Assembly (NCBI GenBank): GCA_041744795.1
Contig: JBGTKD010000044.1
Coordinates: 1 to 59,820 of the forward strand
DNA: 59,820 nt
DNA from: Acidimicrobiia bacterium
Lineage (GTDB): Bacteria > Actinomycetota > Acidimicrobiia > Spongiisociales > ZC4RG35
Direction of reading: 5' to 3'
The position numbers and the translations under genes were made by a program. Under the pieces are notes generated by a model. It made no database searches and was not told where the DNA came from. It saw only the letters and a program-made list of their open reading frames with translations. Below, one piece after another: positions 37,698-46,775 of this stretch (position 1 is its first letter; each line of letters begins with the position of its first letter).

Positions 37698-39550
37698 GAA
37701 TCCTCATTGCAAACCGGGGCGAGATCGCCCGACGCGTCATCCGGACCGCTCATGGCCTCGGTCACGAGACAGTCGCGGTATTCACCGAACCGGACGCCGA
37801 GAGTCCTTTCGTCAGAGAAGCGAGCCGATCTGTCCTCATCGACGACGGGAGCCCAGTTCAGAGTTATCTATCGATTGAGGCGATCCTGGATGCTGCCAAG
37901 TCGACCGGTGCTGACGCGGTGCATCCCGGTTACGGATTTCTGTCAGAGAACGCCGACTTCGCAGAGGCAGTCCTTGAGGCGGGTCTTGTGTGGATCGGCC
38001 CGCACCCGAACGCGATCAGGGCGATGGGCTCGAAGATCGAAGCGCGTCGAATCGCAGCCGACGCGGGAGTCAGCACGATCCCTGGTTTCGCTGACAGCCA
38101 GGACAGCCAAGTTCTCCAGGAGGCGGCCGACCGCATCGGGTATCCGGTGTTGGTCAAGGCGTCGGCCGGGGGCGGTGGCAAAGGCATACGGATCGTTCAC
38201 GAAGCAGAGGCCTTCCCGGAGGCGCTGGCGTCGGCCAAGGACGAGGCGATGCGATCCTTTTCCGATGACAAGGTGATTGTGGAGAGGTACGTGACGCGGC
38301 CCCGTCACGTCGAGGTCCAACTGATCGGCGACCGGCATGGAACGGTCATCCATCTCGGGACCCGCGAATGTTCGGTCCAACGCCGTTACCAGAAGGTGCT
38401 CGAAGAGGCGCCGGCACCCAATCTCGACCCCGCTACCCGAGAGGGCCTCCATTCGGCTGCAGTCACACTCGCCAAGGCAATCGATTATGACTCGGCCGGA
38501 ACCGTGGAGTTCATCGTGGATGACGACTCCGGTGAGTTCTTCTTTCTCGAGATGAACACCCGGCTCCAGGTAGAGCATCCGGTCACCGAATTCGTTACCG
38601 GGTTGGATCTGGTTGAGCTCCAGATCCGGTCGGCGATGGGTGAGCCACTGGCGATAGGCGACGTGACTGTGAGCGGGCACGCCTTCGAGGCGCGGGTGAA
38701 CGCCGAGGATGCCTGGGCTGGGTTTGCTCCCCAGATCGGCACCGTATCCGACATTGTCGTGCCCGAGGCAGCCAGGTGGGACAGTGGAATCGAGCCAGGA
38801 AACGAGGTCACGTCGCACTTCGACCCGATGGTTGCCAAGCTGATTGTCGGTGGACCAGACCGTGAGACAGCCCGTCTCAGACTCGTCAGAGCGCTGGACG
38901 AGACACTGATCGGCGGTCTTGTCACCAATCTTGGGTTCCATCGCTGGCTGATCGATCAACCACCGGTCGTTGCAGGACGCGTGACGACCCGCTTCCTGGA
39001 TGAGACTGATCTCCCCCCTCAGCCGGATGAGCGGGTGGCGGCTGTCGAAGCGGCAGCGCACTGGGTAGCCGCCCAAGACCGTGACAGGGGTTTGAGCCCC
39101 TGGTACTCGTTACGTCAGTTCCGTGTGACTCCCCTTGTCCCCAAGCGCTTGGTGTACCTGCAGGGCAGGGAGATCCACGACATAGAGGTCACATCTAACG
39201 ATCCGACAAGCCTCGCCGTGGTCGACGGCCGACGCGTCGTCGTTGGCATTGCGGGTCATAGTTTCACGTTCACCGCTCTCACGCAGTCCGAGAGGTGGGC
39301 GCCGGTCCAGACAGGGGCACATGGAGCCGCGACCACAGTCTCCGCGCCCTTCCCTGGAGTAGTTGCTGAAGTTCGGGTTGACGAAGGCCAGGAGGTCTCG
39401 GCTGGAGAGATTTTGGTCGTCGTCGAAGCCATGAAGATGCTTCACCCCGTCGTCGCGCCCGGTGCGGGGACCGTCGACGAAGTGCGGGTGAGGCCAGGAG
39501 ATCGGATAGCGGGGAATCAGGTCCTCGTCACCTTCAAGGAGCAGGAATGA
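37694..39550 (+). CDS. Biotin carboxylase/biotin carrier subunit
   Basis: LIANRGEIA, HPGYGFLSEN, GGGGKG, RECSVQRR, EMNTRLQVEH, biotinylation site EAMKM; GTG 37694. Confidence 0.92.
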   Translation: MRILIANRGEIARRVIRTAHGLGHETVAVFTEPDAESPFVREASRSVLIDDGSPVQSYLSIEAILDAAKSTGADAVHPGYGFLSENADFAEAVLEAGLVWIGPHPNAIRAMGSKIEARRIAADAGVSTIPGFADSQDSQVLQEAADRIGYPVLVKASAGGGGKGIRIVHEAEAFPEALASAKDEAMRSFSDDKVIVERYVTRPRHVEVQLIGDRHGTVIHLGTRECSVQRRYQKVLEEAPAPNLDPATREGLHSAAVTLAKAIDYDSAGTVEFIVDDDSGEFFFLEMNTRLQVEHPVTEFVTGLDLVELQIRSAMGEPLAIGDVTVSGHAFEARVNAEDAWAGFAPQIGTVSDIVVPEAARWDSGIEPGNEVTSHFDPMVAKLIVGGPDRETARLRLVRALDETLIGGLVTNLGFHRWLIDQPPVVAGRVTTRFLDETDLPPQPDERVAAVEAAAHWVAAQDRDRGLSPWYSLRQFRVTPLVPKRLVYLQGREIHDIEVTSNDPTSLAVVDGRRVVVGIAGHSFTFTALTQSERWAPVQTGAHGAATTVSAPFPGVVAEVRVDEGQEVSAGEILVVVEAMKMLHPVVAPGAGTVDEVRVRPGDRIAGNQVLVTFKEQE

Positions 39551-40698
39551 CAAATCGAAACATCTACATGACCGATGAACTCCAAGCGATCTATGACCAG
39601 ACGGTCGGATTCGTCCAGAAGGAGGTCATGCCGCACGGAGACTCCTGGGAAGAGGCCGGTCGGGTACCGCGCGACGTGCTGCTCAAGATGGGTGAGCTGG
39701 GAATGCTCGGTTTGAGGGTGCCGGAGCGGTGGGGCGGTTTGGGCCTTGGCCCTCTGGCATCGGCAACGTTCTCCGAAGCTCTCGGAGCTTCGACATACGC
39801 GGGCTTCGATGTGACGGTCCTCGTGCACACCGATATGGCAGGGCCGCACTTGATCAATTCGGGCACAGATGCACAGTTGGAGAAGTGGATGCCGGGCGTG
39901 CTGTCGGGTCAGACAGTGTTATCGATTGCCGTCAGCGAGCCAGACGCCGGTTCGGACGTGGCGGGGATCAGGACACGAGCCGAGAAGGATGGCCAAGGAT
40001 GGCGGATCAACGGCACGAAGACTTTCATTACGAACTCTGTCTACGGGGACCTTTCGATCGTCGCCGCCCGCACCGACACCGATACCAAGTATGGGATTTC
40101 GATGTTCCTGGTTCCGAAGGAGACAGAGGGTTTCAGTGTTTCCAAGAAACTCGACAAGCACGGCTGGAGGTGTTCAGACACGGGAGAGCTCGTGCTCGAC
40201 GACGTCTGGGTGGCTGACGATCAGCTGTTGGGTACGCCCCACAGAGGGTTTTACGAGACGATGCGCAACTTCCAGAACGAACGGATGGTGCTGGTCGGCA
40301 TGGGCGTGGGTGCGGCTCAGGTGGCAATCGACTTGACCCTGGCCTACACCCAGGAGCGCAAAGCTTTTGACGGGACCCTCTTCGACCTGGGTGCAATCCG
40401 TCAGCGGATGGCAATGAATCAGTCGAAGATCGATGCTGTGCGGGCTTCGATGTATCACGCCGCCTGGCTCGGAGAGCAGGGTTTCGACAACGTCAGGGAG
40501 ATGTCGGGGGTAAAGGCGTTTGGGGCTGAGGTCGTTAACCAGGTCATGTATGACTGTGTGCAGTTCCACGGCGGGATGGGCTACATGCGGGAGTCTTCGA
40601 TCGAGCGGATGGCAAGGGATGCTCGCATATTGCCCATCGGTGGCGGAGCTACAGAGGTCATGTTGGAAGAGGTTGCCAAGCGGCTAATCCACCAATGA
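39547..40698 (+). CDS. Acyl-CoA dehydrogenase
   Basis: SEPDAGSD, INGTKTFITN, SDTGEL, QFHGGMGY, RDAR...IGGGATE. Confidence 0.92.
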   Translation: MTNRNIYMTDELQAIYDQTVGFVQKEVMPHGDSWEEAGRVPRDVLLKMGELGMLGLRVPERWGGLGLGPLASATFSEALGASTYAGFDVTVLVHTDMAGPHLINSGTDAQLEKWMPGVLSGQTVLSIAVSEPDAGSDVAGIRTRAEKDGQGWRINGTKTFITNSVYGDLSIVAARTDTDTKYGISMFLVPKETEGFSVSKKLDKHGWRCSDTGELVLDDVWVADDQLLGTPHRGFYETMRNFQNERMVLVGMGVGAAQVAIDLTLAYTQERKAFDGTLFDLGAIRQRMAMNQSKIDAVRASMYHAAWLGEQGFDNVREMSGVKAFGAEVVNQVMYDCVQFHGGMGYMRESSIERMARDARILPIGGGATEVMLEEVAKRLIHQ

Positions 40699-40725
40699 AG
40701 AATTCCGATCTGACATGCTGAGACG

Positions 40726-41562
40726 ATGATGCGTCTCCGGAGCCTCCTGTTCGCGCCTGCGGTGCGCCCCGACCTGTTGACCAAGTTGCCGCGGGCAGGG
40801 GCGGATGCCGTGATCATCGATTGCGAGGACGCCACGCCCGCCGACTTGAAGGCTGAAGGTCGTGACAACGCACGTCGCCTAGGCGGAGAACTCGTTGCAG
40901 GCGGAGCCAGTGTCTTCGTTCGGGTCAACGGCGTCGGTACCGAGTGGTTTGAGGAAGATATCAAGAAGGCAGTGCCTGAAGGGGCGGCGGGGATCCTCGT
41001 ACCGATGGTCGAGACGGTGCACCAACTCGACTTGGTCGGGGACGCCCTTGAACACAGCGCCCACGACGGATTGACCGTCATCATCGGCCTCGAGACCGCC
41101 CGGGGCGTGGCCGCCGCTCGCGAGCTGCTCGCACACGACGCGGCATCCGCGGGCTATTTCGGGGCGGAGGATTTCATCGCAGACATGGGCGGAGCACGCA
41201 CCGAGTCGAACATCGAAGTGCTCTACGCCCGTTCCGAAGTTGCCCTGGCAGGTCGTCTCGCCAGGGTGCCAGTGGTAGATCAGGTCGTAGTTGCTTTCGC
41301 TGACCTCACCCGGTTTGTCCGAGAGGCTGGCGAGGCGCGAGCACTCGGCTACTCGGGCAAGATGTGCATTCACCCCGGTCAGGTCGCCCCGGCCAATGCC
41401 GCTTTCACCCCCAATAGTTCAGAAGTCGCCGCGGCTCGCCAGCTCATCGAGGCCTACGAGGCCGCCGAGCGGGAAGGTAAATCGGTCATCGTCGTCGAGG
41501 GCCGGATGATTGACGGACCCCTGGTAGCCCAGGCCCGCAAAGTTCTGGCGTCGGCCGACTAG
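40726..41562 (+). CDS. CitE/HpcH-like acyl-CoA lyase
   Basis: RSLLFAP, DCEDA, VRVN, LETA.G, GAEDF, GKMCIHP.Q, GRMIDGP. Confidence 0.88.
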   Translation: MMRLRSLLFAPAVRPDLLTKLPRAGADAVIIDCEDATPADLKAEGRDNARRLGGELVAGGASVFVRVNGVGTEWFEEDIKKAVPEGAAGILVPMVETVHQLDLVGDALEHSAHDGLTVIIGLETARGVAAARELLAHDAASAGYFGAEDFIADMGGARTESNIEVLYARSEVALAGRLARVPVVDQVVVAFADLTRFVREAGEARALGYSGKMCIHPGQVAPANAAFTPNSSEVAAARQLIEAYEAAEREGKSVIVVEGRMIDGPLVAQARKVLASAD

Positions 41563-41569
41563 AGGCTGT

Positions 41570-42037
41570 TTACACCGGCCGGCGGTGCATCAACGCGTTG
41601 CGTACTGCCCGACAGACGAGCACATCGCCCTGCTTGATACCGCGATGCTCGAGTTTCACGATGCCCTGCGTCGGGCGCGAATCCGAGGGGCGCGTTTCGA
41701 GAACCTCAGTCTGAACTCTGATCGTGTCGCCGTGAAAGACGGGTGAAGGAAAGGTGACTTCCTCGAACCCGAGGTTGGCCACGGTCGTGCCGAAGGTCAG
41801 TTCGTGGATGCTCAATCCGATCACCAGGGCCAAGGTGAACATCGAGTTGACGAGCGGCTGGCCGAATTCGGTTTCAGCCGCGTACTCGAAGTCGAGGTGG
41901 AGCGCGGCCGGGTTCATCGTCACCGCTGAAAAAAAGACGTTGTCGGATTCGGTGACGGTTCGTCGAATGGCGTGGTCGAGCACCATGCCCGGTTCCAGAT
42001 CCTCGAACCACTTGCCCGTGACAGGGCGTTCGGTCAC
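41570..42037 (-). CDS. MaoC-family (R)-hydratase/dehydratase
   Basis: [37 protein letters not shown]; GTG 42037 overlaps the upstream TGA. Confidence 0.88.
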   Translation of the reverse strand: MTERPVTGKWFEDLEPGMVLDHAIRRTVTESDNVFFSAVTMNPAALHLDFEYAAETEFGQPLVNSMFTLALVIGLSIHELTFGTTVANLGFEEVTFPSPVFHGDTIRVQTEVLETRPSDSRPTQGIVKLEHRGIKQGDVLVCRAVRNALMHRRPV

Positions 42038-42645
42038 GGGGAGCAGTCCCAGTGGCTCCAGCCTCCGGGAAGCGAGTAGAGCATCCACGCCGCGACCGCG
42101 GCGTTGGTATCAGGATCGAAGATCGAACCACCGGGCCGCTCGGCGCCAGTTGAGCGCTCGGCCCAATACTCGGGGAGGTGTTGGAACAATCCCGATGCGC
42201 CGGAAGCGGGGTTGACGGCAGCGGGGTTGAAGGAGGACTCACACCAGGCGATTCGGATCGCCCGGTTCACGTCCGCGGTCTGGAAGTACTTGCTGATGAT
42301 GGCCCTGACTTCAGTTTCGGTCAGGTAGCCGCTGCGAACGTAGACCCCTCCTTGCTTGCCGGACGGAGTGGTCGTCACCGAAGTCAGACGTCCGGATACC
42401 AGGTCGTTCTCCAGGTCGACGAAATCGAGTCCCGAGTTCGAAGTCGTCGTCTGACCCACGAAGGAAAGGGCCGAGACGGCTCCGACCGTTCTGCCGAGAT
42501 CCGAGCCCAGCACGGCCCCTTGCGCACCGCCAGCTACCTCGTCATCGGCTGAGAAGGCCGCAAAACCTGCAACCACCAGCATCGAGACAAGGATCCAGCC
42601 GACCAGAAGGCCGACACGAGCGATACGCATACGATCAAATGCCAC
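42034..42645 (-). CDS. Secreted/membrane-anchored lysozyme-like lytic transglycosylase (SLT) protein
   Basis: N-terminal hydrophobic segment; CES (catalytic Glu), [18 protein letters not shown]. Confidence 0.8.
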   Translation of the reverse strand: MAFDRMRIARVGLLVGWILVSMLVVAGFAAFSADDEVAGGAQGAVLGSDLGRTVGAVSALSFVGQTTTSNSGLDFVDLENDLVSGRLTSVTTTPSGKQGGVYVRSGYLTETEVRAIISKYFQTADVNRAIRIAWCESSFNPAAVNPASGASGLFQHLPEYWAERSTGAERPGGSIFDPDTNAAVAAWMLYSLPGGWSHWDCSP

Positions 42646-42757
42646 TTTGAGACTCTGCCCCTAGGAAGTCGTCCGCCCAGCTCGGGGACGCCCAGTGAGC
42701 CTATCCCCGGCAAGGGAGTACAAGCAAGCCGGAATGGGGGTGTTGATTCGAGCCGGG

Positions 42758-43879
42758 TCAGTCGCCGAGATGCGCCGCGATGGCGTCTGCGACCTCAAGC
42801 CAGGCTGGATCGGACGGCTCGAGGAAGTCGAAGTGCCCGGCGGTCGGGAGTTCGCTGAGTCGGGCATCGGGGTTGGCGTGAGCGTACGCCCGGGCCTGAG
42901 AGATGGGTACCCGGTCGTCGTTGGTTCCGTGGAATACAAGGGCTTCTCCTGCGGCGGTCATACGCGTCGGAGATGCTGGTGCGGCGTCTGCCCCGTTGAG
43001 GAACGCCGCAGCCCCATGGTTTCCGATGCCGTCAACAACTGCGGCTTCGAGATCCAGGATGCCCGCGAGCGATACCGGCAGGTAAGGCGTATCGACCAGA
43101 GAGCTAGCGATGAAGGCGAGGTGACCACCGGCAGAGTGACCGACGACCGCTATGGGGCGGCCGATACCCTCGAACTGGGCGACCGACTCAATGGCTCGCC
43201 CGACGTCTTCGACCGTCTGCGGCCAACCCCCACCCGCGCCGACGCGGCGGTACTCGATGTTCGCCGTGATGAACCCTCGTCGAACGAGATCAACTGCGAG
43301 TCCGTCCATCGTGTCGCTAGTCCACATGTGCCTCCAGAAGCCGCCATGAACAAGAACCACAGCAGGTCGCGGCCCTGGTGCGGCGGGACGACGCAGGTCG
43401 ATCGTCGCGTCAGCGTGCTCGTCGTAACTCAGTGTCTCCACGGGCCAGCCGCTTAGGTGGTGGAGGTACCGCATTGCCCATCGGTACCCGTCGATACCCC
43501 GTCCGTAGATCGTGTAGTCAACCGCAGGACGGACGACGGATTGCTTTCGCCAGGCCTCGCGTTCCTCGACGTTGGAGATGTGAACTTCGACGGTCGGTAT
43601 GCCGATCGCCTCGATGGCGTCGTGGAGTGCGTAGGACGTGTGGGTGTAGGCGCCCGGGTTGAACACGACGCCGTCAGCCGTGTCACGCGCCTCGTGAAGA
43701 ATGTCGATCAGCTCGCCTTCATGGTTCGACTGCGCGGTCCGAATCGAAGCCCCCAGCTCGTTCCCCCAGTCACGACACATGTCCTCGAGGTCGCCCAGGG
43801 TCGTGGACCCGTAGATCTCGGGCTGGCGGGTCCCGAGCAGATTGAGATTCGGGCCGTTGAGGACGAGGTATCGCTGCAC
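42758..43879 (-). CDS. aroQ: Type II 3-dehydroquinate dehydratase fused to an alpha/beta hydrolase
   Basis: LNGPNLNLLGTRQPEIYG, QSNHEG, NPGAYTHTS, EVHISN...RE, then in frame HGGFW, EYRR, GHSAGG, HG..D..VP, GHF. Confidence 0.88.
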   Translation of the reverse strand: MQRYLVLNGPNLNLLGTRQPEIYGSTTLGDLEDMCRDWGNELGASIRTAQSNHEGELIDILHEARDTADGVVFNPGAYTHTSYALHDAIEAIGIPTVEVHISNVEEREAWRKQSVVRPAVDYTIYGRGIDGYRWAMRYLHHLSGWPVETLSYDEHADATIDLRRPAAPGPRPAVVLVHGGFWRHMWTSDTMDGLAVDLVRRGFITANIEYRRVGAGGGWPQTVEDVGRAIESVAQFEGIGRPIAVVGHSAGGHLAFIASSLVDTPYLPVSLAGILDLEAAVVDGIGNHGAAAFLNGADAAPASPTRMTAAGEALVFHGTNDDRVPISQARAYAHANPDARLSELPTAGHFDFLEPSDPAWLEVADAIAAHLGD

Positions 43880-43956
43880 CAGGCGACGTTACAACCGATC
43901 GCGATGTCGTACTCGCCGCCCCCTGTAACCTCCATCGTCCCGACCGGGAGCAGCCC

Positions 43957-45861
43957 ATCTTCCACTCCGGTGGTTGGTACACCTACCTGCAATATGACGA
44001 AGAGAACGACCGTCCCTCCGTAGACCGCAACCTCCTGCGCAGGGTGTGGTCTTACGGGCTGCCTTACCGAGGCGCGCTGCTGGGTGTCTTGGCGACTGTG
44101 ATTGTGATCTCGGGATTGACCGTCATCCCTCCGATCATCACGCGGGAGATCGTGGATGTGGCGCTCGTCGAACGCGACCTGACACTGTTGACCTGGCTCG
44201 GTGCTGGGATGGTGGCGGTTCCCCTTATCAACTCGGTGATTGGCCTCGCCCAGCGCTATTGGTCTTCGCGCGTCGGAGAGGGAATCATCTTCGACCTGCG
44301 TCGTGAGCTCTACGAGCACCTGCAGTCGATGTCGCTGCGCTTCTTCACAGCCACCAAGACAGGCGAACTCATCTCACGTCTCAACAGCGATGTTGTCGGG
44401 GCCCAACAGGCGATCACCGGGACCTTCGTTTCGATCCTCTCGAACGTCGTCTCCGTCGTGTTCATCCTGATCGTGATGATCCAGGCTGACCTCATGCTCA
44501 CGGTGTTGGCCGTTTCCGCCCTCCCATTGTTCATCCTCCCCGCCCGACGAGTCGCCAAGGTCCTTCGTTCGATCACCGAACGACAGATGGAACACAACGC
44601 CTCGATGTCGGCGATCCTCCAGGAGACGTTCAACGTCAGCGGAGCCCTGTTGGTCAAGCTCTTCAACCGGACTTCGACCGAATCGGCCAAGTTCTCGAAC
44701 GAGGCCGCCGCAGTACGGGATCTCGGCGTGCGCCGGGCGATGATCGGACGATGGTTCTTCGCTGGGCTCGGCCTCGTGAGCGCGGTGGGAACGGCTGTCG
44801 TCTGGTGGGTCGGCGGCTACCTCGTGATCACCGAACCCGACAGGGTGACCGTTGGGACCCTCGTCATGTTCGCGGGACTCCTGGCCCAGCTATACGGCCC
44901 GCTCTCTGCCATTTCCAACAGTCGGGTGGAATTCGCCACCTCGCTTGTCAGTTTCGAGCGGGTATTCGAAGTCCTCGACCTGGCGACCGATCTGCCGCAG
45001 GCAGCCGACGCCGTTGACCTGGGCGACGCCCGCGGGTCTGTCGAATTCGACCATGTGTTCTTCACCTACCGCTCCGACGGCCCTGAGGGCTTAGAAGCTG
45101 TCAAACGGTTGCGGAGATCGGGTCGGTCCACTTTCGAGGATGCACCCGTTGCGATGAGTTCGACGAGAGAATGGGCGATAGAAGATTTGACCTTCCAGGT
45201 CGAGCCCGGCCAGTTGGTGGCCCTCGTCGGTCCTTCGGGAGCGGGAAAGACCACGATCTCCTATCTCCTTCCGCGGCTCTACGACGTTACGCGGGGCCGA
45301 GTCCTCGTCGACGGACACGACGTCCGCCACATAACTCTCGGGTCGTTGGCTGATGCCATTGGTGTGGTGACACAGGAGACGTATCTGTTTCATGACACGA
45401 TCGCGGCCAACCTGCGCTACGCCCGGCCGGATGCAACTCTGGAAGAACTCGAGGAAGCGGCCCGAGCCGCCAACATCCACGACTTTGTCGCGAGCCTGGA
45501 CAGTGGGTACGAGACCGTGGTCGGCGAACGCGGCTATCGGTTGTCTGGCGGCGAAAAGCAGCGGATAGCTATTGCCAGGGTCATCCTGAAAGACCCAAGA
45601 ATCCTCGTCTTGGACGAGGCAACGAGCCACTTGGATACGATGTCTGAGGCCCTGATTCAGGATGCCCTGGAAAGGCTCATGGTCGATCGCACGTCGCTGG
45701 TGATCGCCCACCGTCTGTCCACTGTTCAGCGGGCTGATCGGATCCTGGTCATCGATGATGGCCGTCTGGTCGAATCGGGCAGTCATGACGAACTCCTCGC
45801 CAAAGGCGGTCTGTACGACACATTGCACCGCACCCAATTCCGAGGGACCACAGCCAAATGA
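43957..45861 (+). CDS. ABC exporter, fused permease/ATPase
   Basis: TMD plus GPSGAGKT, LSGGEKQR, LDEATS, AHRLST; first canonical start is GTG 44044, but SD GGGAG and the open frame point to ATC 43957. Confidence 0.88.
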   Translation: MFHSGGWYTYLQYDEENDRPSVDRNLLRRVWSYGLPYRGALLGVLATVIVISGLTVIPPIITREIVDVALVERDLTLLTWLGAGMVAVPLINSVIGLAQRYWSSRVGEGIIFDLRRELYEHLQSMSLRFFTATKTGELISRLNSDVVGAQQAITGTFVSILSNVVSVVFILIVMIQADLMLTVLAVSALPLFILPARRVAKVLRSITERQMEHNASMSAILQETFNVSGALLVKLFNRTSTESAKFSNEAAAVRDLGVRRAMIGRWFFAGLGLVSAVGTAVVWWVGGYLVITEPDRVTVGTLVMFAGLLAQLYGPLSAISNSRVEFATSLVSFERVFEVLDLATDLPQAADAVDLGDARGSVEFDHVFFTYRSDGPEGLEAVKRLRRSGRSTFEDAPVAMSSTREWAIEDLTFQVEPGQLVALVGPSGAGKTTISYLLPRLYDVTRGRVLVDGHDVRHITLGSLADAIGVVTQETYLFHDTIAANLRYARPDATLEELEEAARAANIHDFVASLDSGYETVVGERGYRLSGGEKQRIAIARVILKDPRILVLDEATSHLDTMSEALIQDALERLMVDRTSLVIAHRLSTVQRADRILVIDDGRLVESGSHDELLAKGGLYDTLHRTQFRGTTAK

Positions 45862-46775
45862 ATCCAGTCATGATCGAAGCGGCCGCTCGCCGAATCGAGG
45901 GAAGGGTCAGGCGCACACCGATTCTGACGACCGAGATCGACGGCCGGCGAGTCCATCTGAAGCTCGAGCTCCTTCAGCACACGGGGTCTTTCAAGCCGCG
46001 CGGCGCATTCAATCGTGTGCTCGGTGCGGCCACCATTCCCCAAGCAGGCGTCCTCGCCGCCTCGGGCGGCAACCACGGCGCCGCCCTCGCCTATGTTGCG
46101 AACCAACTAGGTATCCCATGTGAGATCTTCGTCGCCGAGGTGACTCCGGAGATCAAGCGCCAGAACATCATGCGCTACGGCGCGCAGGTCACTGTTGGCG
46201 GTCCCCAATACTCAGATGCGCTCGAAGCCTCACTCGAAAGGGCGCAGGTGACCGGCGCCCTCGAAATCCACGCCTATGACCATCCCGAGACGGTAGCTGG
46301 CCAGGGAACCATGGCTCTCGAACTGGACGGCCAGATTTCGGACATCGGCACGGTCTTGATCGCTGCTGGCGGGGGAGGCTTCGTCGCCGGAGCGGCAGCC
46401 TGGTGGGAAGGCCGGATTGATCTCGTTGTCGTCGAACCGGAGGGGGCCCCCACAGTGCATGCTGCGTTGGCCGCTGGCAAACCGGTGGCCGTCGACGTCG
46501 ACTCCCTGGCGGCGGACAGCCTCGGTTCGAAGATCGTCGGACAGGCGCCGTTCGAAGCCATCGCCCGGGGGGTGACTCACAGCGTCCTGGTCGCCGACGA
46601 TGACATCCGCGAGGCTCAGCGTTACCTGTGGGACGAGTTTCGTTTGGTAGCCGAACCCGGCGGTGCGGCCGCACTCGCCAGCCTGATGTCAGGAGCCTTT
46701 GAGCCCTCGTCTCCCGGCGAGATTGTCGTGGTCGTGTGCGGGTCGAATTGCGACCCAAGAACGGTCACGAACTAG
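45858..46775 (+). CDS. Threonine/serine dehydratase family PLP enzyme
   Basis: KLE..Q.TGSFKPRGA, SGGNHG, GQGT, AGGGG, EPGGA. Confidence 0.88.
   Translation: MNPVMIEAAARRIEGRVRRTPILTTEIDGRRVHLKLELLQHTGSFKPRGAFNRVLGAATIPQAGVLAASGGNHGAALAYVANQLGIPCEIFVAEVTPEIKRQNIMRYGAQVTVGGPQYSDALEASLERAQVTGALEIHAYDHPETVAGQGTMALELDGQISDIGTVLIAAGGGGFVAGAAAWWEGRIDLVVVEPEGAPTVHAALAAGKPVAVDVDSLAADSLGSKIVGQAPFEAIARGVTHSVLVADDDIREAQRYLWDEFRLVAEPGGAAALASLMSGAFEPSSPGEIVVVVCGSNCDPRTVTN

Noticed and set aside
42646-42757. c-di-AMP (ydaO) riboswitch upstream of the lytic transglycosylase, as often found for rpf-like genes
   Set aside because: The gap is only about 110 nt, includes a TAGGCT -10, and lacks recognisable conserved ydaO segments.
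43905-43931. Second PafBC-like element TGTCGT before TAACCT
   Set aside because: Spacing is 15 nt rather than 10.
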